Assembly (NCBI RefSeq): GCF_000142905.1
Contig: NW_013657665.1
Span: 283,689-347,688, forward strand
DNA from: Thecamonas trahens ATCC 50062
Taxonomy: Eukaryota; Protista; Apusomonadida
Direction of reading: 5' to 3'
DNA: 64,000 nucleotides
The position numbers were made by a program, and so were the translations under genes. The notes under the pieces are model-generated. The model was not told where the DNA came from. It ran no database searches and saw only the letters and a program-made list of their open reading frames with translations. Position 1 is the stretch's first letter, and the number at the start of each line of letters is the position of its first letter. Shown here piece after piece: positions 10,392 through 21,300 of the stretch.

Positions 10392-11072
10392 ATGGCCGAC
10401 TGCTCTCCCGTCGCGTCACAACTCGACGAGTTGGTTCATGTACTGTTGTCTGGCGAGTCCGTGGCCGCCGGAGGGAGTGCAGTTGAGCGTACCGTCGAGT
10501 CTCTCAGCGCCATGGTCAACGAAGCTTATGCCGAGGCCGATGCCTTCTTCCTCACCGGCCCGCGTACTTCTGTGAACGAGTTGCTGGCCCGGATGGCGAC
10601 AAGCGGATGCGAAACCCATGTCTGGCGCGAGGGAGGCGGGGGCGATGCTTCGATCGTGGCCTGCGGCTGGATCGGTCCGCAGGGCCCGCCCGAGGACGAT
10701 GGCACTGCTTGGCGCTCGGTCGGCCTGTTAGCGGTGGCGGTGAAGTGGCAAGGCCAGGGACTCGCATCGCGGGTAATGGATACTCTCGAGGCAGCAGCAA
10801 GTGAGACTGGTTCCGGCATCGAGATCTGCGTTGTATCAGTCAAGCCCTGGCTGGTGGCGTGGTACGCGTCGCGCGGCTTTGTGGCCACCGGCGAAGTCCG
10901 CGAGTGGCCAGACGGGCCAGAGCACGACGGGCGCGACGGGACGGCTGACGGATGTATGCGACTCAGGTCAGAGGCGCAGGTCGAAGTTGAGATGCGCAGA
11001 GGGAAGTGGGCTCGGGAGTGGGCTGGCAGCTGGCATCGGTGTGGCTTTGTGGTCATGCGGCGCGAGTCATGA
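10392..11072 (+). CDS. GNAT-family N-acetyltransferase
   Basis: Motif A VGLLAVAVKWQGQGLASRVM and motif B LVAWYASRGF. Confidence 0.85.
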   Translation: MADCSPVASQLDELVHVLLSGESVAAGGSAVERTVESLSAMVNEAYAEADAFFLTGPRTSVNELLARMATSGCETHVWREGGGGDASIVACGWIGPQGPPEDDGTAWRSVGLLAVAVKWQGQGLASRVMDTLEAAASETGSGIEICVVSVKPWLVAWYASRGFVATGEVREWPDGPEHDGRDGTADGCMRLRSEAQVEVEMRRGKWAREWAGSWHRCGFVVMRRES

Positions 11073-13289
11073 TGACGCCGAACCCGAGTCGGACGCCGGA
11101 GCGAGCTCCTCGCGCGGCTGGATGGCCCGCAGCTGGGCCTCGAGAAGAGCAGCCTTAAGCCTGCGATTCTCGGCGGCAAGCGCGCGGTGGTCGGCCCAGA
11201 GCGAGCGAACGTCGGCGAGGGTGAGTTCATCGGGCGACGCCACCGCCAAAAGTGCTGCCCGGAGCTCGCCCGGTGGGCTGGTTACTCCCAGCGGGGTGGC
11301 ACTCGGCGAGGTTGCAGTGGAGGTGGGAGCAATTGCAGGTGAAGCGGTGGCGCCCGCGGTGGGCGACGGCATGTCAAACAACTTGTTGGTCCGCGGCGAG
11401 TCGACTGCAAAGATGATGTTGCCCTCGTCATCGGTCCGGAGACGCGGTCCCTTGGCAGACGGCGCGGCTTCAGCCTGCGGGTGGGCATCGGTTTCGGCAG
11501 GCGGAGGGTTGTCACCCGGCTGGAGATCAAGCGGCGGCGGGCGAGCCCACGGGACCGAGAGCGGAGACGACGGAATGAGCGGCGGCGGGTGGGCCGATGC
11601 GTCGTCGGCAGCGTCGCCCATGTCGATGAGTGAGGTAACGAGCGGGACCGACGGCGTGTCCGGGGCTGGGCTGTTTGCGGCTGAGAGGGGGTCGGGCAGC
11701 TGGCGGCGCGGCGGCGAACGCGGAGCCGACGACGGACTCGGGGCCGGGGCGGCGGCCATGGCGGCGTCAAACTCTTCGGCGGTCATGTTGAGCTGGGAGG
11801 GCTTGCAGTTCTCCAGAAAGGTGATGGCCGAGACAAGGTTGGTAAAGTAGTAGCCGGACTCGCCGTTGAGCGCGACAGGCGAGCGGAAGCGCGAGATGTA
11901 GTCGCAGTTAGAGTGCATGGCGCGGGCGTTGGCGCGGAGCACCACATAAATGAGGAGCGGAAGAAACTCGTCGGCACCTGCAGGGGTGGACGAGCCGTGG
12001 GCAAGGATGTTGAAAATGACCTTACAGCAGTTGAGGACGCAGACGAGCTTGTCGCGTGGCGCCTTGTAGTGCGACATCTTGGCGAGCTCATTGGCAGCGA
12101 GCTTGATGGCCGACTCGTTGCAGAGCTCTGGCTTGATGTCGAGGTGGTGTGGGCGGAGGAAGGTAGCAAGGGCTTTGATGTGTGCAGCGAGTGCAGCATC
12201 GCGTTCGGCGTCAGTGTCGCCTCCGGGGCGGAACGCCTTGGCGTACAGCTTGGTCATGACGTACTTTTCCAGACCCTCGCGGGCATTGGCAAATTCGGCC
12301 GGCGAAGTCTCGCTCCACATTGGATGCGCAACCATGAGCGAGGCCGTGGACTCGAGGAAGGACCGTACCGTCTCAGACATGAGTCGCGGCGGCGGCGGCG
12401 CCCGACGAAAGTTGCCGACAAACGCCTTGACCGTGTTGAAGACCTCAAAGGCCGACGGGTGCTGGAGCTGGGCGAGAAAGGCCTGAAAGTCAAGGCTCGT
12501 CGGCGTGGAAGAGCCCAGTGCCGACGACGCCGATGCCGACTCGGTGCCCGCGGCCGAGAGCGGGTCATGATCCGGCGACGGCGGGGACGCAGCTGCGACG
12601 GATGCGCTCGCAGGAGTTGAACGCGTCTTGAGTGCCGCTGCCGCCAGCTTGTGCGGGCGAAAGTCGCGGAGAAAGTTGGCGACTGACGTGGCAAGCGCAG
12701 AGTGGGTCCGAGGGGATGATACAGCCGAAGTACGGACGTCTGGGGCACCTGCCACAACTCCGGGCGCAACCACGTGCTTGGCCCACGAGCAGCCGTCAAA
12801 GACGAGCGGATGGGCCGTGATGTAAATGTCGATTTCGCGGCCGGCGAGGACGACTGAGGCGATGCGGAGGAGCTGGACCGAGAGGATCTCGGTCTGATCG
12901 GCAAGGACCTCGAGCGGAGTCTCATACAGCGGCCAGGCAAAGACCGACCGCGGATCGGTGGCAAAGGCCTCGACGGCGTCCGGATCCGAGAGTGGAGGGG
13001 TAAAGGTCAGCAGCTCCGAGTACGACGCGTTGAGCGAGCCGGGCAGGCCGTTGAGCGAGACAAACTGGGACGGATTGGCCGGGTTGAGATAGACCACATG
13101 CGACTGGATGAACTGAACAGGGAGAGGGGTTGGCAGTGGTTCCAGCGAGACGCCCTGTGGCACAATGAGCATGGTCGCGCGGTCGGTCGCCAGCACTTCC
13201 ACCACGTCGCCCAGTCGCGGCGAGGTGGCCAGCTCACGGAGGAATCGATTCGTGCTCTTTTCGTGCTCTACAAACTTGGAGACCGACAT
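11067..13289 (-). CDS. VPS9-domain Rab5 GEF (Rabex-5/VPS9a-like)
   Basis: EGLEKYVMTKLY, YKAPRDKLVCVLNCCKVI, GADEFLPLLIYVVL, GESGYYFTNLVSAITF. Confidence 0.93.
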   Translation of the reverse strand: MSVSKFVEHEKSTNRFLRELATSPRLGDVVEVLATDRATMLIVPQGVSLEPLPTPLPVQFIQSHVVYLNPANPSQFVSLNGLPGSLNASYSELLTFTPPLSDPDAVEAFATDPRSVFAWPLYETPLEVLADQTEILSVQLLRIASVVLAGREIDIYITAHPLVFDGCSWAKHVVAPGVVAGAPDVRTSAVSSPRTHSALATSVANFLRDFRPHKLAAAALKTRSTPASASVAAASPPSPDHDPLSAAGTESASASSALGSSTPTSLDFQAFLAQLQHPSAFEVFNTVKAFVGNFRRAPPPPRLMSETVRSFLESTASLMVAHPMWSETSPAEFANAREGLEKYVMTKLYAKAFRPGGDTDAERDAALAAHIKALATFLRPHHLDIKPELCNESAIKLAANELAKMSHYKAPRDKLVCVLNCCKVIFNILAHGSSTPAGADEFLPLLIYVVLRANARAMHSNCDYISRFRSPVALNGESGYYFTNLVSAITFLENCKPSQLNMTAEEFDAAMAAAPAPSPSSAPRSPPRRQLPDPLSAANSPAPDTPSVPLVTSLIDMGDAADDASAHPPPLIPSSPLSVPWARPPPLDLQPGDNPPPAETDAHPQAEAAPSAKGPRLRTDDEGNIIFAVDSPRTNKLFDMPSPTAGATASPAIAPTSTATSPSATPLGVTSPPGELRAALLAVASPDELTLADVRSLWADHRALAAENRRLKAALLEAQLRAIQPREELAPASDSGSASS

Positions 13290-13494
13290 GGCGAGGATGT
13301 ACCCGTGGTGGTGGTAGTGGTGGTGGTGGTGGTGGTGGAGTGTGTGGAGTGTGCGAGTGCTGGGGAGAAGGGCGGGGGAGTCGAGTGTGGAAGAGCAGGT
13401 GTTCGCGCGTGTGTGTCACACCGCCGAAAGGCGCGCGCGAGAGAGAGTGTGTGAGAGAGGATTGGCGAGCGGCGATGTGACGGACACGGTCCGA

Positions 13495-13542
13495 CCGCAT
13501 CCATCTGAAACAACGGCGGTTGTTTGTTTCAGATGGATGTGG
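13495..13542. other. 18-bp-stem inverted repeat (hairpin) overlapping the LRR gene stop codon
   Basis: ccgcatccatctgaaaca (13495-13512) / tgtttcagatggatgtgg (13525-13542); 17 of 18 pairs are Watson-Crick. Confidence 0.85.
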
Positions 13543-14569
13543 AAGCAGGTGTGGTGTCAGGAGGGATAGGCTGGGCAGCGGCGACGGCGGCGGCAATGTC
13601 AGCGGCTCGCGACGGAGATGGCGCGTCGTTGACAACCGAGACCACGCGGTTTCCGGCATCGGTGACGCAAGGCAGCCGGAAGAGGTTAAAGCGCGCAAGT
13701 TGGGGCGCTTGGGATGCGAGGGCACAGATTCCAGCATCAGTGACCGCCTTGGCACCAGTGAGGCCGATCTCGACAAGCTCCGATGCACAGAGCGATGGGC
13801 CAGAGAGGAGAGCGGCCAGCCCGGCATCGGACACCGCCGAGTAAGCGAGGTTGAGGTTGGCCAGAGGGAGAACGGCGAGGGCGGCGACGCCGGCGTCAGT
13901 AATGGCATGCGAGAGGGTGCAGAGCGAGGTGAGCTGCGGGCAGCCGGCTGCAAGCGCAACGAGGCCGGCGTCAGTCACGCCGTGAACGCGCTCGACATGG
14001 AGGGAAGTGAGACTGGGCGCATGCTCGGCGAGGGCAAGCAAGACGGCGTCGGTGAGCTTGGAGCATCGGGTGATGTTGAGACTTGTGAGGCCAGGCGCAG
14101 CTGAAAGGAGCGGGATAAGTGCGGCGTCGGTGATGCGGTCCAGATATTCGAGGGTGAGCGTGGTGAGCGAGGGCAGCGGCGTCAGCGCTCGGAGCCCACG
14201 GGGCCCGACACTAGCGCAACCGTAGAGATTGAGCTCCTCCAGCTGAGCAAGCGGCGCCAGCTCGGCGGCGTCATCATCGGAGAACGAGTCGCAGCTGTAG
14301 GCAACAAACGAGATGAGATCTGGCCAAGAAGCGACTGCCGTGGCGATGCCTGGTGCGGTGATGCCCGAGATTGACCAGAGCCTGAGCGCCTTGAGCGAGG
14401 GGCAGGCAGCGGCGACGACAGCGGCCTCGGGTGCGCCCCAGTGGCTTGGCGGTGCAACATTGACGGCGGCAGGCTGTTCTGTCGCTGTGCTAGAGTCGAG
14501 GCTGGCGACAAAGGCAGCGTTATCGCCGTCGTAGAGTGTTGACGGGCCGACGTCAAGATGGTTGGCCAT
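13529..14569 (-). CDS. Cys-containing leucine-rich repeat protein (FBXL/AMN1-type LRR, no obvious F-box)
   Basis: Repeated LxxLxLxxCxxITDxGLxxL units (LTSLNITRCSKLTDAVL, VTDAGLVALAAGCPQL). Confidence 0.85.
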   Translation of the reverse strand: MANHLDVGPSTLYDGDNAAFVASLDSSTATEQPAAVNVAPPSHWGAPEAAVVAAACPSLKALRLWSISGITAPGIATAVASWPDLISFVAYSCDSFSDDDAAELAPLAQLEELNLYGCASVGPRGLRALTPLPSLTTLTLEYLDRITDAALIPLLSAAPGLTSLNITRCSKLTDAVLLALAEHAPSLTSLHVERVHGVTDAGLVALAAGCPQLTSLCTLSHAITDAGVAALAVLPLANLNLAYSAVSDAGLAALLSGPSLCASELVEIGLTGAKAVTDAGICALASQAPQLARFNLFRLPCVTDAGNRVVSVVNDAPSPSRAADIAAAVAAAQPIPPDTTPASTSI

Positions 14570-14644
14570 GGCTGAGAGTGGAGCAGGACGACAAGTGGGT
14601 GGCCATGGCACTCGGGTGGCGGTATTTACCGGCCCGCGATCGCC

Positions 14645-16225
14645 TCAAGCGCCGGTGGGGCGTGAAAGAAGGGCTTTGCGGAGGAGCTTGCGGAGGGCGG
14701 CGTGGGCAAGGGTGAGGGCGATGGCAAGGAAGAGAAGGCACCACACGTACCAGGCAACGAGGAGGAGCATCGAGGTACGGTAGGAGCCGGTGGCAGAGAT
14801 GACGGCGCCAATGATGACCGGTGACGGCATGTCGCCGAGGAGGTGGATGCACATGATGGACATTGACATGGCGAGTGTGCGGTAGTACTCGGAGACGGCC
14901 GAGAGAAGGGCACCGTTGATGGGCCCGGTGATGGCAAAGAGCAGGAGCTCAGCAATGACGAGGAGGCCAAAAAACATCTTGGCGGTGTTGACCCAAAAGG
15001 CAAAGAAGAGCGGCGGAACGGCGAGGAGGGCGTAAATGAGGGTGAACTTGATCTGCAGCGCGGCGCCGGCCATGCCCTTGACACCACCGCGGCGCTTGGC
15101 GACGGCGTCTACGATGATGCCACCCGCGGCAGTGCCGACGAGGCCGCAGCCGACGGTGATGGTGCCAAGGCCAAAGGTGGCATCGTCGAGCGACATGTCG
15201 AACCGCTTCTGCACAAAGGTCGGCGCCCAGTATGCGAGGCCGCCAAAGACAAAGGTGTACGCAGCGTAGGCGAGACAGATGCAGCCGTAGACCGGGTTGG
15301 TTAAGACCGTCCAAAAGTCCTGCGCAAAGGTCGACTCGGCGTCGGCCGCAGACTCAGCAGAGTGTGCGGCGGCGGCGCTACGGTTGCCGAGCGAGCCGGT
15401 GCGGGTCTGAGCGGCGCCAGCGAGTAGTGGCGCACGCTCGGCGGCGGCACCGGCGCTGGCGCTGTCGTCGGATGGGTTGAGCGAGCCTTCAAACGGCGAG
15501 ACAATGGTGGGGTCGACATCGGGCGCGGCGACCCTAATTGACTTGTCTTTGGACGTCGAGGTGTACGGAAGGAGCAGGATGCCGAGCGCAAACGGGAGCA
15601 TGGCCATGGACTCGGTGAGGAAGACCCAGCGCCAGGAGAGGCCGGCCTGGCGGGTGATCACGCCCGAGCCAATGTAGCCGAGGCCAGCGCCGATGGGGAT
15701 GGCTGCAAAGAAGATGGAGAGCCAGACCGTCCGCTGCTTGGGCGGGGCAATGTCGTCGATCATGGTAGGCGAGATGCCGCAGAACGAGGCCTCGCCCACG
15801 CCCGTGAGCGAGCGGGCAATGACCAGTTGGACGTAGCTTGGCGCAAGGCCCGAGTACGCTGTTGCGCCACACCAGATGAGCAGGCCGATGCAGAGGAGAT
15901 AGGTCGGACGGACAGTGTGCACATACTTGGCAAAGATGAGCGAGGCGAGCATAAAGCCGACCATAAAGACCGAGCCGAGGAGGCCGCCTCGTGTCGAGTC
16001 GAGGTCAAAGTGGTTCTCGATGTCAAGGAGGAGGGCAGCAATGACGCCGCGGTCGTAGTATGTCAGCAGATTGACGACAGTGAGGAAGAAGAACACCATC
16101 CGCCGACCAAAGAACCTCTGCCGCGTGGTCTTCTCGCTCGACGGAAGGTCAAAGTACAGCCCAGCGCCGTTGCCCGTCCCGCCGCCTGCTGCTCCGCCTG
16201 CCCCTGCTCCACGTCCGGAGCCCAT
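14645..16225 (-). CDS. MFS transporter, spinster-like
   Basis: NLLTYYDRGVIA, ARSLTGVGEASF...PTMIDD, AIPIGAGLGY, IHLLGDMPSPVIIG; about 12 hydrophobic segments; likely ATG at 16225. Confidence 0.92.
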   Translation of the reverse strand: MGSGRGAGAGGAAGGGTGNGAGLYFDLPSSEKTTRQRFFGRRMVFFFLTVVNLLTYYDRGVIAALLLDIENHFDLDSTRGGLLGSVFMVGFMLASLIFAKYVHTVRPTYLLCIGLLIWCGATAYSGLAPSYVQLVIARSLTGVGEASFCGISPTMIDDIAPPKQRTVWLSIFFAAIPIGAGLGYIGSGVITRQAGLSWRWVFLTESMAMLPFALGILLLPYTSTSKDKSIRVAAPDVDPTIVSPFEGSLNPSDDSASAGAAAERAPLLAGAAQTRTGSLGNRSAAAAHSAESAADAESTFAQDFWTVLTNPVYGCICLAYAAYTFVFGGLAYWAPTFVQKRFDMSLDDATFGLGTITVGCGLVGTAAGGIIVDAVAKRRGGVKGMAGAALQIKFTLIYALLAVPPLFFAFWVNTAKMFFGLLVIAELLLFAITGPINGALLSAVSEYYRTLAMSMSIMCIHLLGDMPSPVIIGAVISATGSYRTSMLLLVAWYVWCLLFLAIALTLAHAALRKLLRKALLSRPTGA

Positions 16226-16442
16226 GACTGAGTAGGTGTCGAGGGGAGTGAGCTGGGGTGGTGGGGGGTGAGAAGGTGTACTCCAGTGAGGTGTGGCTAT
16301 GGGTGGGTGTGGGTGCGGCCGGCGGTCGGTGTGGGTGGCGCAAGCGAGCAAGTTGGCCGAGCGGCGGTTGCTTGGTCGCTGGTTGCTGCAAAGGCGGGCA
16401 CGGCGTGGAATCGAGAGCTTTAGGTGATGGTGATGGTGGTGG

Positions 16443-17701
16443 TCAGCTCGAGCTTGCGCTGGGACCGGCACAGGCATCAGATTCAGCATCAAGGTCGGCA
16501 TCGGGGTCGGCATCAGGGTCGGCATCAGGGTCAGTGGGCTCCTGGAAGCCAGGCGCACGGTCGCGAAGGACCTTGCGCTCGACATACTCAATGTGGAGAG
16601 TGTGGAGAGCTGCAGGGTCAGCGTCGTCGGCCTGGATGTGGAGCGGGTTGCCCGAGGCAAGGACCGAGGTAAGGACCATCCATGAGCCCATAGAGAGGTC
16701 GACGACGAGGCCGTCGCCTTGGAGGGCGATCGCATCGGCGGAAGCACCAGAGCGGAACGTCACGTAGCTGGCGCCACAGAGATGGGCTGTGGCGAGGCCG
16801 CGAACAGCCTCAGGCTCGGGCTCGAACCGGCCACCAGGCGTGGCGTGTCCACCGGCCTCGTAGTCAAAGCAGCCGGCAAGGACGATCGGGTCGAACATGC
16901 CGCCGGCCCGGACAGCATCTTCGATGGTGTCGAGCGCGTCGTGTGGAACCAAGACGGTGCCAGTTCCCGAGGGCTCATCCACCCGGACCCGAAGCGATGG
17001 GATCACGACCGCGAGCGGAAGGTCTTGCGTGGCGGCCGCAGCATCGTCGACGGGTGCAGAGGCTGGTGCGGGACTGCTCGCACTGCGAAGATCAAACCAC
17101 GGCGGGTACGGATAGTGACCAACGCGCTCGCCCCGGCTGAGCAAGGGACGAAGCATGCCGACAGCACGGGCAGACGCAAGCTCGGCAGCATCAAGGGGGA
17201 CAGCCTGCAGTGTCCGCCCGGTCGAGGGCAGCAGCGTGCCGGGAATCGGCTCTGGGAGCGTCAGCGCCATCGCAGCAAAATCTCCGAGAGCCGCTACTGT
17301 TTCGGTTCGTCCCAGCGCGCCTTGAGGCCAGACGAGCAGCTCATCGAGCGCCACCACTGAGCCCTCCCCAGCGTGGAGAGCAGCCATTGAGGGCGACGCG
17401 CCCAAAAGGCGAGCGCAGCCATCAGCGCCAGTGCAGCGTCCCTGCGGCACGGGACGGGAGCACCATCGCTGTCGGCAACGACTGCCATGACAAGATTGAA
17501 GCCGTTGACAACACCGTCAGGTGAGGTGGCGACCCAAGTGGTGGCGGCGGTGGTCGGGCCGTCGGTGGTGACCACCAGCTGCGAGGCATACTCAACGACA
17601 GGCACCGGGTCGAGACCTATAGCCTCAACGCCCGGAAGTGAACAGTTGTGTGTGGGCACCGGCTGTGCTTCACAGTCTTCTGTAGCCGCTTGTTCGGCCA
17701 T
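16443..17701 (-). CDS. Protein resembling the SARA/endofin (ZFYVE9/16) C-terminal domain; split by an apparent -1 frameshift near 17366-17369
   Basis: ORFs 17294..17701 and 16443..17450 join if one G is added to a G4 run. Motifs LRPLLSRGERVGHYPYP, LAGCFDYEAGGH, LCGASYVTF and DGLVVDL resemble SARA-C. Confidence 0.55.
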
Positions 17702-18337
17702 GTGTATGTGTGTGTAGGCTGTGTGGAGAGTGTGGCGTAGTGAGGTAGTTGGGTGGCAGGTCAGGGAGGGGGGAGGATCACTTCAACGTGAACCATCGGT
17801 GGCTGTGGTGGCACGGCTTTCCTTCCTTCCAACGTGTGTGGCTGAAGGCTTGCGGTGAGGGAGGCTTGGAAGACGACCACACAACTCGCAAGCAGGTATG
17901 GGAGTCAGGAGAAATGGAGAGGGGATAAAGGGGATGGCTAGTGTGGCTATGGTGGTTAGGGAGTAGGTGGTTCCTGTGCAGCCTCTCTCTCCCCCCCTCC
18001 CCCTCCCCTCCCAACCCCAACCCCGCTATGCGGGGCTGCTGTGTTTCGGTGGGCGTGGGGGGAGGTGGGGTTGGTGACACGCATTTTTCTTTCCCCTGGA
18101 AGGCTCGCGAAGGGAAGGGGGGGGGGGGGCATGGGGGCATAGGGCAGGAGGGGGGTAGCGCTTTTAGGCGGGTCACACTCATTGTTTGTGGTTGTCATGT
18201 TTGGCCGTGGGCGTCGGTATGGGCTTTGGGCGTTGATGGGTGTGGGTACGGGGGGTGGGCGTGGGCTTCGCCGGGGGGGGGGGGGGGGGCGGGTCGGCTT
18301 TGGGGCGGGTGTTCCACTGCCGCCTGCAGCCAGTTCG

Positions 18338-21300
18338 ATGGAGGTGGTGGAGTTTGAGACCGCCAAGGCAGGCGATAAGAAGTACCTGCGCAAGTACTTT
18401 GCAGGCTTGGATGCGGCGCTGAGTGTGGACAAGTCGGATCCGAGGCCGCATCTGGCGCGGATGACCGAGCATATGGAGGTGGCGCTGGCGACGATGGCGG
18501 GCAAGGATGATGGCGAGGGCGAAAAGGCGGGCGAGGAGATGGACGATGCGGCGGTCAAGGCGGCCAAGGCAGCGGCCAAGGACAAGAAGGTATTTGCCGA
18601 GTACGTGACCGAGACGATTCTCCCGCTGATCATGACCTCGCTTCTGGACCGCGAGTACATGGCGGCGGCGCACATCGAGGCGATGCTCGAGTTTGTGGGG
18701 CAGGTCATTGACGCAGTTGTGGATGCGATTCGTTCGCGGAAGCACAGCGACGCGTTTCTGCGGTCGCTGGAGCCGCTGGTCACTGCCTCGATGGACTTTT
18801 ATACCAAGCACGGAGTCGAGTCGGATGAGGACGTGTCGCCGGAGGAACGAGCCAAGTTCTTCCTCACCACCGGGTCGTCGACCCAGTATGCGTACATCGA
18901 CTCGACGGACCCAGACGACTCGGTCTACTTTGCGCGGGTCATTTCGCAGCTCGGTGAGCGCGGTCTCTTTGACGCCATTGTCGAGCGTGTGGCGTGCGGC
19001 GAGCGGCTCGAGTCGACGACGCTCCTTTTGTTTGTGCGGTTTGCCAAGGCTGTCGAGGATGACCTCGTCCCAGCCTTTCTCACCTCGTATCTTCCGCACC
19101 TGACTAGCGCCGTGCTCCGCTACCTCGGTAGCCTCACGGCCGACGAGGCCAAGACTCAGGATCTCGAAGACCTCTCTGAATGCCTCAACCTGCTGGCCAA
19201 GATGAGCAAGATCTCGCGTGACGCCGAAGTGGCGGCACTCAACCAGGCGCTGCAGCAGGCCAAGCTGGATCTCGCGCTGACCTACATCGAGCTCCCGTTC
19301 CTTGCGCCGTCACTCAAGGGCATGGGCTACTTGCGGCATCTCATGGCTGTTGCTGCTGGAGACAAGGACGAGAACGCGGCATTCAAAAAGCCAAAGCGCC
19401 GCGGTAACATGGTGTCGTACTATCCGGCGGCGTACACGTCACCGGCTGCGGCGGTGGCGGCAGCAGCGCTGGCGCGCAGCCGCGGTGGCGCGTCGGCGAG
19501 CTCGGGCAGCTCGTCGTCGGGAGGAGAAAAGGGGCCGATTGCGCCGCCGACCCTCATCACCATTCCGTTCCTCCTTCGGTGGATGGACGACCAGAGTCTG
19601 ATGGAGCGGGTGCTTAAGGCCGGCCATCCCGAGGTAGTCAAGGGCGGCTCGCACATCCTCCAGTTTATCGCCGAGCACGACGTGCTCTCGAACGACGTTC
19701 TCGACTCGATGTGGTCGACCGTCCTTACCGGCCACGAGTCGATCCAGGCCAAGATCTTTGAGGTCTTCCTTGCCCTCATCGATGTCCTCCCGACTGTCCA
19801 GGTCGACTACATTTACTCGCACATCCAGGCGCTCGAGCCAGAGCGGTTCGACAACCAGGTCCTCAACTTTGTGTCGGACTTTACCCTCAAGGCTGTGGCC
19901 AAGGCCGAAGACGGAGACGACGGCGACGGCGGCGATACCGGCGATGCGCCGGGCGCGTCATCGGGAGCGGGTGTGCGCCAGCCGGCGTCGACATATGGGC
20001 TCGAGCTGTTCTGGAACATTTTGCTCACCGCCTCGTCCGACGCTGTCGTCCGCGAGACCTGTAACTACCTGCAGCGGCTGCTGGGCGAGTTCCCGGCGCA
20101 CCGCGAGGCGTTTGTGGAAAAGTGCGTGGCCAACCTTGCGAGCGGAACCATTGTGGCAACTTCGGTTGCGCTGCTCTCGTCGATCCTGGACTCGTACACG
20201 CCGACCTCGCTCGCCGAAGCTCTGGTCGAGCTCAACGACCAGCACTCGCTGTTGGCGGTGCTTGTCGGCCATGTTGCGAGCGGGAGCCCGGCCGCCCGAG
20301 ACGATCTCTCGTGCATTCTTGCGCTCCTCGACTCGGTCCTCACCTCGTCGCCGCTGGAGCTTGAGACTGAGCTTGCCAACTCGCTGTGGGACGCCGGAGT
20401 GGCGCTTGGCGCGTCGGCCGAGGTCATTGACTGGTTCTACTCGATGTCGTTTGCGACGACGCTTGTGGATCCGTACACCAAGGAGCGGTCGTACACTGCG
20501 CTGCCCGACGCTGTCAAGGCCGAGCTCTTCACCTCGCGCATTGCTTCGCTCGCGCCGGCCGACGTCGACGCGCCGTCGATGCGACTGTATGCGGCGTACT
20601 TTCGCGACGTCAACGCTCGCGCTGGTACGCTCCGCAAGATCTCGGACATCATGACTCGGACGCTGGCCTTTGCCGGCATTGAGGGCGAGTCGTTTGTGTG
20701 GCAGGTGGCGGCGATCAACGCCGACGCCGAGGTTGCTACCGAAGCGCTCTTTATTCTTCGCGACGTCTATGTCAACGTCGACGACGTGGTGCCGGCCGGT
20801 GCGGCGCGAACCGCTCGTGCGCGGGCCACCGACGCCATCCTCGCCGAGCTGGCCAAGGGCTGCCAGCTCTCGGGCCCGCGCATGATTTGGCTGCTGAAGG
20901 AGCTGGTGGTGGCGACAAGGGCCAAGGGTGCGCTGCAGGCGCTTGACCGGTCCTCGCCCGGTGGACGGCTCGTCACGAGCGCTTTCGACACACTCTTTGG
21001 CCTCCTTGCCGAGCCGGCGCTCATGGACGGCGTGTGGGAGCTGCTGCTACTGTTGCCGGACGAGCCTAAGCTCGCGAGCGCAGTCTACGGACTCCCCACC
21101 AACGAGGCCGGCCTTGAGCTGGCGGTGACGCCGTACGACCCGGCCAAGGAGCCGGGTCCGTTTACCTTTCACGTCTTTTACGTGGCACGGATGATCAAGG
21201 CCGCCCTGGCCGTCCCCGGGTGGGCCGAGGCGTTTGTGGCCCACGGCGGGCTCGAGTACCTCATTGGTGTCTTTACCACTAAGGAGGTGCTTGATACGAG

